Shown: one piece after another, positions 1 through 11,940 of the stretch
Numbering within the stretch: position 1 is the first letter of the stretch
Layout of the letters: every line of letters starts with the position of its first letter
NCBI RefSeq assembly: GCF_006345805.1
Contig: NC_042998.1
Location: forward strand, 57,784,001-57,848,000
Length of the DNA: 64,000 bases
Direction: 5' to 3'
DNA from: Octopus sinensis
Lineage: Eukaryota
The notes under the pieces: model-generated
The model's input: only the letters and a program-made list of their open reading frames with translations
The model's database searches: none
Told to the model about the DNA's origin: nothing
Made by a program: the position numbers and the translations under genes

Positions 1-709
1 CTGTAATCATTCTGTTGCTAAGTTGTAGTTGAAAATAAACGCATCACATGATAATAGATGCTATGTGAATGATAAAGGTGTACACACACGCATATAGACG
101 AAAGATTAAGGTTTATATATATTGATGTAGGATTTTACTGTTTCAATCATATAGAAAATATCTCTACCAGATATGTATGTGTGCGTGCGTGTGTGTGTGC
201 GCGTGTGTGTGTGGGGGCGTATGTATGTGTGCGTGTGTTTGTAATGAAAAAAGTGGCACAATGGGGCGAGAATTAAATTTACAGAAATGCAGAGAAAACA
301 CACACTATGGCCGCGGACAAGCTCATATATTACGTATAACGTTGTAATATTGTACCTATTCTAGAAATTCCAGCACAAGCACAAAGCCACAAGCATTGGT
401 AGAAGAGCTAATTGACAATATCCATAGCAGTAACCGAAAAGTACTTTAATTTAGATATGCTAGAAAGAAGAGAGAAATTGTGACATCGGCGGGATTTGAA
501 CTCAGAACATGAGCGAGAACAAATATTGTAAATGACTTTACAGTATTCATCCCGGCTCTATGTTTTTGTTTTCAAATACCACCGAAGTCATCTTTGGGCT
601 TCTTTCTTCAGAGGTTGATTAAATATAGTCGAGTATATTTAGGGTAATATCATCGACTGTTCCTCTCTTTCTTTGTGTCTCTGTTTGAAGTTATTATTAT
701 AGAGCGGTG

Positions 710-1840
710 AGGGCGGCGAGCTGACAGAATCGTTAGAATATCGAGCGAAATGCTTAGCAGTATTTCGCCCGTCTTCATATTCTGAGTTCAAATTCCGCCG
801 AGGTCGATTTACCTTTCATCCTTTCAGGGTCGATAAATTATGTACCAGTGAAACACTGGGGCTCAATGTAATTGCTGTGTCCCCCCCTCCCCAACTTCAT
901 GATTTGTGCCTATAACAGAAAGGATTATAGAGCAGTGCATTGGCAGAATCTTTAGAGAACCGGACTAATTACATTGCGGTGTTTGTTTACCGCGTTACTA
1001 CGTTACGGTCTACGTTCAAATACCGTCCAGGTATTTGCTTTCAATCCTTTCGTTGTCAAGAAAATGTAATACCAGCCAAGAAGTAGGCACGATATAATTC
1101 CCCGAAATATTTCTGGCCTTGTGCCAATGTAAACAATTATCGCCGGTAGATACGTAGAATTGCTAAAGAGTGGAGAAAATGTCAAGTGGTCTTTGCTCCG
1201 ACGTCTTATGCTGTGAGTTTGAATCCCGACTCATTTAAATTTGTTTTGCATCCCACAAGGTCTTATAAATAAATTATTGAGGAAGTACTCAGGTCGACTT
1301 AACTGGCTAACTCTTACACACAAAATTTCAGTCCTTCTGCATTTGTAGGAAACAATCATCATCATCATCATCTATATCATTATTATTATCATTATTAAGT
1401 CCACGAGCTGGCAGAATTCTTAGCACATCGGGCAAATTGCTTAGCAGTATTTCGTCCGTCTTTACGTTCTGCGTTCAAATTCCACCAAGGCGACTTTGCC
1501 TTTCATCGTTTCGGGGTCAATGAAATGAGTACCAGTTGAACATTGGGACTGGTGTAATCGACTAGTCCCCCTGCCCCAGATTTCACTGTTGTTGTTCTTA
1601 TAGATTAATAAAAGAAGGGTGTGAACTGGAAAATTTGTTAGTATATTAAAAAAAAAATCAGAAACCTCCTCTTACTTTTTCTTGACTCTTTATGTTTTCA
1701 TTTCTAATTCTCCCGTAGTCAACTTTGCCTTTCATTCTTTCAAGTTCGGTAAAATACAGTACCAGTCATGAACTAGGGTTGATGTAATCGACTAACCCCT
1801 TCACCATATCTTTCCGCGCTTGTGCCTATATTAGAACTAG
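710..1840 (+). mobile_element. Head-to-tail array of about 5 tRNA-derived SINE copies (family A), of differing divergence
   Basis: Repeated motif ggcg(g/a)gctggcagaatcgttag...ttctgagttcaaattccgccgaggtcgactttgcctttcatcctttcggggtcgataaa, with A-box-like TGGCAGAATCG and B-box-like GAGTTCAAATTCC. Copies start near 710, 935, 1141, 1398 and 1615. Confidence 0.85.
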
Positions 1841-1934
1841 TAATACAAATTATTTATTTGCATTACTAGTAGAAATAGTAATACAAATTATTCGAATTTT
1901 AGCACAAGGCCATCCCAAATGTTAAAACGTAAAA

Positions 1935-2564
1935 TCGACCTTCGGCGGAATTTGAACTCAGGATGTGAAAACGGACGAAATGCGTTAAGCATTTTGCCCG
2001 GCGTGCTAACTATCCTGCCAGCTCGTCGCCTTAATAATCCTTTCTACTGAAGGTACAAGGTTTGAAATTTGGAGGGAGAGGACTAGTCGACACCAATGTA
2101 TCACTGGTACTTAATTTATCAACCCCGGAAGGATGAAAGGTAAAGTCGACCTTGGCAGAATTTGAACTCAGAACGTAGAAACGCACGAAATGCCTCTAAG
2201 AATTTTGTCCGGCGCGCTAACGGTTCTGCCTGCTCGCTGCCTTTATAATTTCAAATTTTGGCACAAAGCCTGCAATTTCAGGTGAGGGGGAAGTGTTCAA
2301 ATGGTAATTATTTTATCGGCCGCAAAAAGATGAAAAGCAAAATAAATCTCGAAAAAATTTGCACTCAGAAAGTAGCGACAGGCGAAATACCTATTTCTTT
2401 ACTAGCCACAAGGGGCTAAACATAGAGGGGACAAACAAGGACAGACAAACGGATTAAGTCGATTACATTAAGTCGACGGAATTTGAATTCAGAACACAAC
2501 GGCAGACGAAGTACTGCTAAGCATTTTCCCCGGCGTGCTAACGTTTCTGCCAGCGCGCCACCTT
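1935..2564 (-). mobile_element. Head-to-tail array of about 4 family A SINE copies on the minus strand
   Basis: Reverse-complement motif ggcggaatttgaactcagaacg...ctgccagctcg(t/c)cgcctt recurs, ending near 2032, 2243, 2390 and 2564. Confidence 0.85.
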
Positions 2565-3269
2565 AGTAATTTTTACTATTTTAAAATTTATAAGTGAACA
2601 GACGTCATTGTCAGAGTTTTCAAGGAAAAGTGATTTCTCACAGGGTTACATAATAATAAACCGTCTCTTTTTAAAAACAATAAAGAGCTACGAAATATTT
2701 TAACATCTACTTTATTACCTGAAGTGGAAACGAAGTTTATTTAATAGTAATTTTATTTTGTGCATATATTTTTGCAAATATCTATTTTGCTTTGTTTGGT
2801 CGAAGTTCATTATTGTCACTTGTGTTGTAGTTGTAGGAGGTGATAGGTACAATAGTGACAATAGTGAATATGTTCTACCCGATTTTTGCAGACAGACAAT
2901 TAAATGAAAGGGGAAGCAAAACAAAATTGTCTAATAAACAAATACAGTGATAAGCAGAGACAGTTAGTGTTTGAGTAGCACAGAAGAGAAAAAAAATAAT
3001 CGGTAAAATATTAATTTGAAAACAAAATTACCATCAACTCTTTTACTAGCATTGATTTCAAATCTTGCCACAAGGCCAATAATTTCGGGGGAGGGGATAA
3101 GTCGATTAGATCGCCCCCAGTGTTCAACTGGTATCGACTGAGCTCTCTATTCCGGTTTCCACTATATTCCTCTTGATGTTTACTAATACTGTCTCCAAGA
3201 AACCAACAATAATTGGCATTATGTTCACAATTCCTACTTAAGAGGATTGTATATATCTATGCTTTTTTA

Positions 3270-3420
3270 ATCGATAGCAAGCTGAGCAAAATGCTTAGCA
3301 TCATTCTTCCGAGTTCAAGGTGGACTTTGCCTTTCATCCGTTCGGGGTCGATCAAATAGTTACCATTTCAACGTTGGAGTCAGTGTAATCGATTTGCTCA
3401 CGACCCTCAAACTACTAAAA
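3270..3420 (+). mobile_element. Family A SINE, degenerate
   Basis: gcaaaatgcttagc...gagttcaag...gactttgcctttcatccgttcggggtcgat. Confidence 0.7.
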
Positions 3421-3752
3421 TTTAAAATATCTTTTTATGAAAATTCTCTCTATTTTACTGGGTATGATGGGAAGTGTCAGCAGCTCACAGCCAGCGGAGT
3501 AAGGTGACACTTGTTTACTGATCATATTCAGATTCAAGCAAAGATTTTCTTAAGTGTTCTATCTTACATTTGTACCAATCTTTTTGAGTCACGTTGGTAG
3601 TTGGACACTGATACATCCCAGTGCACCAATTACAATTTGTATCACGTCTACTCTCTTCATTGGCCACAACCTGAGTATTTCCCACTTTAATTCATCATAG
3701 GTTTTCACTTTTTCTCCTTAATCTTCGATCCCGTTGTCACTAGGATATGCCA

Positions 3753-3790
3753 TTCTTCTTCTTCTTCTTCTTCTTCTTCTTCTTCTTCTT

Positions 3791-3820
<30 letters not shown>
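3753..3820. repeat. (TTC)n microsatellite followed by a ~220-bp pyrimidine-rich tract
   Basis: About 22 perfect TTC units seen directly; explains ORFs 3718-4258. Confidence 0.97.
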
Positions 3821-3821
<1 letters not shown>

Positions 3822-4944
3822 ATCTTTTTCCTCTGCTTCCACTTCCTTCTCCTCTACTTTCGCCTCTTCTTCCTCTCTCTCTTTCCCTCCCGAACTTCCT
3901 TCTTTTCTTTTTCATCTCCTTCCTCTTTCTCATCTTCTTCTTCCTTCTCTTTCCCTTCATCTTCCTACAACACTTCCTCCTCTACTTCTCCCCTTTCCTC
4001 CGCCTTTTCTTCCTCCTTTTCTCTCCTTTCCCTCTCCTCATGATAATGATGCTGGTGATCGTCGTTGTCGTCGTCATCATCACCATTATCATCATCATCA
4101 TCATCACCAATACCATTTCATTTCATCATTTTCGTCCTTCCCTTTTCTTTCTCCATATCTACGTGATCATTATTCTCATCATAACCATCAATATTATGTC
4201 CCCATCAGCAGCAACCGCAACACCGGCTGCAGCAGCTGGTGCAATATTGTCTTTGTAACAAAACCACTTCTTTTTTTCTGTAACCCAACTAAATATCAAT
4301 CGTCATAATGCAATTTTCTTTCTTAGAAACTAGTTTTGAACTCTTTTGTTTATAAACCTCTACTGAAAATAAGAAAAATAAGACACCTTTAGGAACATTT
4401 ATCATTAAAGAAGTGTCTAAAACAATAATAAAGACTCTATAGTCTTTTATCTTCTGTCTGAGCCACACCAAATACAAAAGTTTTGCAATGTATTTTATTT
4501 CATTCTATATTTGTCTGACTTCAATTTCTTATAACCACTTAGGAAAAATGAAAGTTTCTTCGTATTTTACCATGATCAGTTTTGTAATATGACAACAGAT
4601 TTATAAGATGGTTGGGTTAAGTACACTTGCCGGTCAGAGAGTGAAATTATTTCACATGAGATTAAGAAAAAACACAAACTGTCGTCATTTAGACTGACGG
4701 GAAAGGAAAGAACGAATATAGAGACAAAAATCCTGCATACTGCTAGTTGACTGGGAACATAAAAATATTATTCACCCTCCCATAATTTTATAACGTTAAG
4801 CTTTGTAATAAATTATAAAATTTATTATAATAAATTTGTAATTTATTATAATTAATTTGTAATAAAGTTATAAAAGCTTTATAACTTTAAGCTTTGTCTA
4901 GCTCTTTTAGATTTGTAATTATATATCTGCTATCTCAGTCATAG

Positions 4945-5060
4945 TGAATAGCCTGGTAGAAAGGATGTTCGGATTAAGAGCTTTAGATCGTAGGTTCAAT
5001 TCTCGGGCAAGGCATTATGTTGTGTCCTTGAAAAATCACACTTTTCAGGTTGTTCCAGCA
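4945..5060 (+). mobile_element. Old tRNA-headed SINE (family D) 5' part
   Basis: tagcctggtagaaagg...ggttcaattctcggg...gttgtgtccttg, matching the heads of the minus-strand copies at 45.7-46.0 kb and 59.6-59.9 kb. Confidence 0.6.
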
Positions 5061-6909
5061 AAAAAGCAATCACTAGTATCCGGATGTTGATGCAGTCCTT
5101 TCTCCATCCTGGACGTTCTGTTGGATCAGTGGAGAAGTTGAAGCGTAGAGGATATGTGTTCATGTTTGTAAGAGTGTAAGCGTCTAAAACCATTGGCAAT
5201 AGCATGCACATGTTATCAGGACACTCTCGCTTACCAATGAGCGTTCCCAATGAAAATCCCTGTAAAATGCACAGATCTGGTTCTTTTTGTTTTTATTAAA
5301 GATCAGAAATAGGTCAAGACCTCCATCACTTCTCTCTTCATAAAACCTATGTTGCCCAATAGAAAAGTTAACGGCCAAACTGTTTGGTATCAGTTGCAAG
5401 CGTCTCAGTTAGACCACAAAGTACCGGAAAAAACACTACAAGGTCAATGCCTTGCAGTATACAATAACTCATCACCATGTTATTGACGTACTACATCACC
5501 ATGAACACGTAAAGATCTAATTTTAAAAACCCTATGCTTTACTGACTATATGATTGGGTGTTTTAGATTTCTCAGTAAAGCTAAAAGGAGAGGAAATAGT
5601 TAAGCGATAAACACAATCCAATTTAAGTAAGCAAATGTAAGCAATCAATATAAGCAAACAGCAATGACGTCATAAATGCAGATAAGGAAGACCTTACAGA
5701 AGAAACGTGTACAACTTCATTTAGCATGCAGAGAAACAGGATGTCCGTTTATATCTTCTTCTGTATAACACTACATGTTTAACTCAACAAAACACTTATC
5801 TTTCTCAATCACCTACCTTATTTCCACTTGTACAGTTAACAGGATGGGAACCGACAAGGCGCCTGTAAATTGACACTTGACCTAATAGAGTAGCAACCAA
5901 ATCGTCTTCAAATCATACCCTACTGCTTTAAAAATAATTAACTTGGATAATGTAACTTTACTGGATAATGCACGGGGTCACGCAACTGTTAGATTCCATA
6001 TTAAATATATTCCAGTCTAAAACATGATAGTCATGGATAGGACACTTTTAATTATAGTTAGTATCGGCCTTGGGGTAAACAGATCAAGATGCATCAAACA
6101 TGGGAGCGTATTTGTAGTGACTGTACCTATTAGAAATAGAAAATAAGTGTACCAAAACCATATAAGCGCTTTAAGTTAGGAAAAACACATTGAACTATGA
6201 AATCTAGGATATACAAAGAAGGCAGACAGATTGGTGAAGACTGGAATGCTTTGATCTCAGGGCTTTTTCGTTAAGGAACATCATTATGTCTAAACAACAG
6301 CATCCTCAACAACAAAAATAGCCGAAGCGGCAGTTGTGGGATCTTTATATATGTCGCTACATCGCACCATTGTAAATAAAGCTTACATTATATAAGGTTC
6401 GTTGTTTCTTTAGTAGTAAATAATAAATGCTGAGTTCAAATTCCTCTCATGGATTAGCAATATATTTCACGGAAGCAAATTTATTGCTTACCCCGCAACT
6501 AAACACCATGAACTCGGCATCTGAAATAGTGTGAGAAGAGAGAAATAACAAAATAGCAATAATCTTGGTGCAAGCCTAACTGTCTGGTGAAGACGTTAGC
6601 TTCACAACTACGTGATTTTAAGTCCGATCCTGTGAGCGGCTCATTAACCGAGAGTTTTCTACCATAGCTTCAGGCAGGCCAATACAGATTGTGCGGAATT
6701 TGACTCACTGAAATTACACAAAAGCCAATGTTACGCGCGCGCACACACACACACACAAATAGACATCGGTTATATTTTCATAGATGAGTAGCATTTATTA
6801 GTATAGATAAATGGTTCCCAACCTTTTCACTGTGTTTCCCAACAGTGGTTACCAAGCCATATATTTAAATTAATTTTCTCACGGACCCCTTTTAATATGC
6901 TTATCCTCA

Positions 6910-7180
6910 TCTTAATATATAAAATCCATTCTGTCAGTCTTTCTGTTTGTGCGCTTATAACTCGAGTATTGTTCACAGAATACGTTCCGTAACGTAAAAG
7001 AAATTTTCAAAATAGTTAGTTTCAAGGTGAGAATCGCTATTTTTGTAATCTTTTTGTCCTCTTTGTTCCGCCATTAAAATCAGCCAGTTGCTCAGACAGC
7101 CGGCAAAAACCATTTCGCTAGCAATAAGGGGAGTCAACCAAAACCGTCGCTATGCTGTCTCTTATGACGTCCAATTCCAG
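6910..7180 (+). mobile_element. Possible Helitron-like non-autonomous element 5' end
   Basis: A|TCttaatatataaaatc followed by ctgtcagtctttctgtttgtgcgc resembles Helitron/HINE 5' ends. No convincing hairpin-CTRR|T 3' end was found. Confidence 0.3.
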
Positions 7181-7676
7181 TTGTATATATATATATATTG
7201 TGTTAAAATTCGTTATCAATCAGTTATCCTTATGGAGAAGAAACTGTCAAAAGTAACCACCACATAGAATCACGAATCATCTCCACTACTTAACATCGTC
7301 CAAGTTAAACCTCTTCACCTTTACAGCTAACGTGAAAAGCTACGCAAAAAAGAGAAAATAACCTGATTGCTATTAAAACGCGGTTAAAATTTTGGGTTTA
7401 ATCTTAATCTTTAGTGGCAGTTTCTCATTCAAACTACATAATAGGCAGAATTGTCGGATTAAGACAGCAGGGTGTTTTGAGGGAGATTTGGCAGCTATTT
7501 CTACCAGATCTAGCTACCATGTAGAGGTCTCCCTTATTAGCTGTTACATACATATATACAGAAAATCGAAATAAAAGTATCAGTCGTGAAATACTAAAGC
7601 CAAGGTCCATGCAGTGTCATGGGCCAAAAAATTTCCAACTTCTTGCAAATGGCATGTGCTGCTGAACAACAACAGC

Positions 7677-7737
<61 letters not shown>

Positions 7738-7746
7738 GTAATAATA
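7677..7746. repeat. (AAT)n microsatellite
   Basis: Seen directly. Confidence 0.97.
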
Positions 7747-8142
7747 AGTAGGTGTAAACACATGAAAAAAATAAAAATAAACAAAAGCAAAAACAAATTA
7801 CACGAACGTATATAAACAGGAGATACACATATTACAGGCACTACCCCACCCACCCACACACTAACTAAACATAGACACACATAGAGGTATACGCATGCGC
7901 AAATGAAGACACATACAATAGGAATACAAAATACAAAATGGCTGACAGTTAGGAGAGACACACAATTAAGAAAGAAGAAAGCAAAGGACCACTGATGAGG
8001 TCACAGAAGTGTGACGAAAGAACTCTGGCCGAAATAAGAGTAAGTTTAATGTAAAAAATAAATAACGCTGAAGCAAAGTAACACCAAATTTATAGTGCGT
8101 GTGTTTTTATTGACTAAACTGGCAAAATGACGATTCCTAAAT

Positions 8143-8150
<8 letters not shown>
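7747..8150 (+). mobile_element. Penelope-like element terminal fragment ending in (TA)n
   Basis: A/C-rich strand, a hammerhead-like motif at 7989-8028 and a (TA)n boundary at 8150. Confidence 0.5.
7989..8028 (+). ncRNA. Minimal type I hammerhead ribozyme-like motif
   Basis: CCA-CTGATGA-g-GTCAC(agaagt)GTGAC-GAAA-G(aa)C-TC-TGG: stem I CCA/TGG, 5-bp stem II with one extra G, 2-bp stem III, CUC cleavage triplet. Confidence 0.55.
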
Positions 8151-8192
<42 letters not shown>

Positions 8193-8776
8193 TTTTGAAT
8201 TTAGTTCACCGACCCCCCAGTACTACCTTTGCGGACCACCATGCGTCCGCGGACCCCGGTTTGGGAACCACTGGTGATAGAGGAGACTGTAATGCTGTAT
8301 TTAATTATGTCTCTGTGTTGCTATCGCACTCTAAATACCATAGAGGCAGTTTACAGTGCTGCCAGTAATCCGGAGATAATTTATTAAGTGTTTTATGTTA
8401 GTAGACTTAATCTGATTCCACGTTAAACAATCCCGCTCTGAGGATGACTCTCTTCTACCAGTCTTTGAAGGCCTGAAAATCATTAGCCGTGCTCTTCCTC
8501 TTCTGACTAAAATAGGAAAAGGAAGCTAAACTTGCCGCACATACACACACGTGCGCGCGCGTGTATACGTGTGGATATTTTTAGTTTGACTCACACGTCC
8601 CAATTTTATTGAAAGTCTTCTACACTTATGTCATCTTCCATGTAATTTATGAAAATACAACAATTTTCGGGAGAAATCGAGAATATAAACTTACGAACAT
8701 TGAAACAATTTTTTTGTAATTTTATCCAATGAAATTCTTCTATTATCGACGTAGAAGAAATCCGCTTTTCCTTGTT

Positions 8777-8819
<43 letters not shown>

Positions 8820-9589
8820 CCAAATATATAGATTTTTATGAGTATGTTTGTGTGTATTTATATATTTTACGTTTAAAATGCCTGCTAAATCTGTTTTTAT
8901 AAAGACAGAAAAATTAGGTATTTTTGTATATATTGTTCATTCGCTGCCACTGCTTCGTGCCATATCCTCACAATTTCTATAATGAAAGTAAAGCAGCTGT
9001 CTTTATTTCTCTTTGGAGATATAATTCTTGCTTTCACTGTAAACTTTATCGTGTTAAATCATTCTGTTAGCTGTTATTAAAAATGGAGAAATTTCTCGTT
9101 ATAGAGCATCTTTGTTATATACAATTTAATAGTCTTCTGTTCTCTTTTTTTTTTGCCTTTTCCATTAAAACTACGAAAGCAAAACTTACAAAAAGAAATT
9201 AAAATGGAGACCATAGCATTTGGTTTACGAACGAGTCTGAAAGTTAATCGGATGCCATAACAAACCTTAAGATTATTGTTTAATTGTTGAAATATGCTCA
9301 ACTTCACACTTTTAAATGAATTTATAAACATTCAAGTCGAGCGTTTACATAAGTCATTCGCCAGTCCGTCTTATAAGATAAACTTTGATAAACGACAGCA
9401 TTTCATTAAGGTCAGATAAATTCCGAAAGCAGATTGCAAGTATTTGCCGTATGATAGCTAATATATTGCCGACTAGACTGAATTGGCTCGTGTCTTTTCT
9501 TGTCATCATTTTTTTAGTAATTTAGTAAAATGATGATGATGATGTTGACTATAACAACAACAACAACAACAACAACAGTAATAATAATA

Positions 9590-9749
9590 ATTAGAAGAAG
9601 AAGAAGAAGAAGAAGAAGAAAATGAAGAAGAAGAAGAAGAAGAAGAAGAAAATGAAGAAAAAGAAGCAGAAGATGAAGAAGAAGAAGAAGAAAAGAAGAA
9701 GAAGAAGAAGAAGAAGAAGAAGAAGAAGAAGAAGAAGAAGAAGAAGAAG

Positions 9750-9780
<31 letters not shown>

Positions 9781-9781
9781 C
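9590..9781. repeat. Long (GAA)n tract (~190 bp, imperfect at 5' end)
   Basis: Seen directly; explains the poly-K/R/S/F ORFs. Confidence 0.97.
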
Positions 9782-10398
9782 GAAGAGTTGGTGGAGTGCT
9801 GGTACATTTTAACTTACTAATAGCAAGCGTATAAACAAACATAACGGCTTTCAGTCAAATATTACAAGTAGCAATTCAAAAACCAATAACCGGTAATTAA
9901 AAAATAATTCAATATCGGTAAATATTGGTAACTTTTCTCTTTGCTTTCATTCAATTATGTCTATTAAACACACACCTTTTGCTCTCCAGACATTCATTAC
10001 CTCTACATTGCTTTATTACACTATCTCTTTCTTTCTTTCTTTCTTTCTTTCTTTTCTTTCTTTCTTTCTTCTCTCTCTGTGTCTTTCTCGCTTCTCTCCC
10101 TGATTGAATCTAAGACAATCGTCCTCATTGACCATTGTTTTCTATATTATTCTGCCTCTCCTTATGCTTTTAGTTCATTTACATCATCTTATAATTATAA
10201 ACACCCAGGAAACGTATAACAGAAACGGTAGAAACCCGGATTAATACATTTCCATATAGATAAAATTTGTCAATATCCATACATTTTTGCTAGGAGTCGG
10301 CTCATATCATACACTTCTCTTTGAACGGCAACACTAACAAAAGAAATATTGAATTTCTAAATCTCTCGTAGAGACATGTACGGTGGTGGGGCGATAGA

Positions 10399-10646
10399 AT
10401 GGTTGTATACTGTCAATCTAACAAGAACGGGACAGTAGGGGGTACACCACCGTTGTATAGCCCTAGGAGGCATCGAACGCCTCCTGACAGCTTCGACACA
10501 TTTTTTTTTCTTTCTTTTTTTTCTTTAAGGACACAGGGAAAAAATGTGTCGAAGCTGTCAGGAGGCGTTCGATGCCTCCTAGGGCTATACAACGGTGGTG
10601 TACCCCCTACTGTCACGTTCTTGTTAGATTGACAGTATACAACCAT
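10399..10646. mobile_element. Foldback/MITE-like element with 108-bp inverted arms
   Basis: 10399-10506 is the reverse complement of 10539-10646 with one mismatch; 32-bp spacer; no clear TSD. Confidence 0.8.
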
Positions 10647-11267
10647 ACTAACAAAAGGTTTGTGGGTAATAGTAAGTGTTGCGTCGTTGTCGTTTGTTTT
10701 GAACATACGTACACATGCATCAAAGGTTCTCTGTTGACCATATTTTGGATGCTTATTATCACTTTGTTATTGCCTTTGTACTGTGAAAATTTGTTTTTGT
10801 CATTATTAATATCATTCATCATTAAACATGATAGCCTGTGTTGTGGATAAAAAAAAATTACCTTGTTTGTATATATATAATATCCTCACATAAGCCTTTA
10901 GTAATGGTGAGTTTATAAACAACATCACCATTGAGAGTAAGAGAGTGTAATAAGTTGAACCTTTATATTTTGTCCATTAACATATTGTGTGTACAGAGGT
11001 GGAGCTTATATATCTCTATACATACAGCGTTGGTTCAAAAGTTATTGATACCGTCACTAGCATTAACTAGTATTGAAAAATAAGCAAGTCTACATTTAAC
11101 ACGCTCCTATGTTTTTGTATGTCTAGTAATATTGACCTTCTTATATACATTTTAGTTTACGTATGTATGTATGTATGTATGTATGTATGTATGTATGTAT
11201 GTATGTATGTATGTATGTATGTATGTATATATTGTTGGGATCCTTTTTGTCTCGGAGACAATGGAGT

Positions 11268-11301
<34 letters not shown>

Positions 11302-11385
11302 CGAGAGAGACAACTTTATATATGCATACATATATGTTATGGCATATTCTGTTACGAGGGTAGTAGAGTACCGCCTTCAGATTTC

Positions 11386-11439
<54 letters not shown>

Positions 11440-11514
11440 TATATATATACATACATACACACACACACACACCACACACACACACACACACATATATATC
11501 AATAAGCATGGATA

Positions 11515-11940
11515 ACCTTGATAGGTTTCGGCCAGTATAGGCCCAGTCCGTGTCTAACTTTATAGCACCATCTAGTGAAGTCTTTTAGTCATATATGGGG
11601 CACCATGGCCCACTGTAGCAAACAGTTATTTTTGTTGGAGACATATCCGCGTGTAGGAGGTTGGTCCAGAATTTTTTTTAAAGAAATTTGTCCAGTGAAC
11701 TTTTGAATTTTATGGAATCCGTTTCCGTTTTGACGCATTTTGGTAAGGTATTAAAGAGAGCTGGAGAGGTTGAGGCAAAGTAATTGCGACGTAATGTTGC
11801 AATGTGTCTTGTGTTAAATTTTTGTTGTAAGCGGATAGTACCGGGGCCAAGTTTTGGATGGATTTTAAAATTGTTGCCAACATCATATGTGCAATATTGA
11901 TGGAATATTTTCCACATCACACAAATGATGTAGCGCTCTT
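11515..11940 (-). mobile_element. 5'-truncated CR1-type LINE 3' end (ORF2 C-terminus plus 3' UTR)
   Basis: ERYIICVMWKIF...FNTLPKCVKTETDSIKFKSSLDKFL matches the RRERYxIIxxWK and NxLP...FKxxLDxFL motifs of CR1/L2-group ORF2 ends. The UTR ends ggccgaaacctatcaaggtta. Confidence 0.8.

Larger units (their letters stand above)
6809..8273. mobile_element. hAT (Charlie-like) non-autonomous element carrying nested insertions
   Basis: Left end aaatggttcccaacc (6809) and right end ggtttgggaaccactg (to 8273) are imperfect TIRs of the CAGTGGTTCCCAA type. The 8-bp flanks gtatagat and gtgataga match only loosely. Confidence 0.55.

Noticed and set aside
5666-5673. CRE-like TGACGTCA palindrome (also near 45839)
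   Set aside because: An 8-mer without promoter context; the second copy lies inside a SINE.
10399-10706. Mirror-image ORFs MVVYCQSNKN... on both strands
   Set aside because: By-product of the palindrome, not coding evidence.
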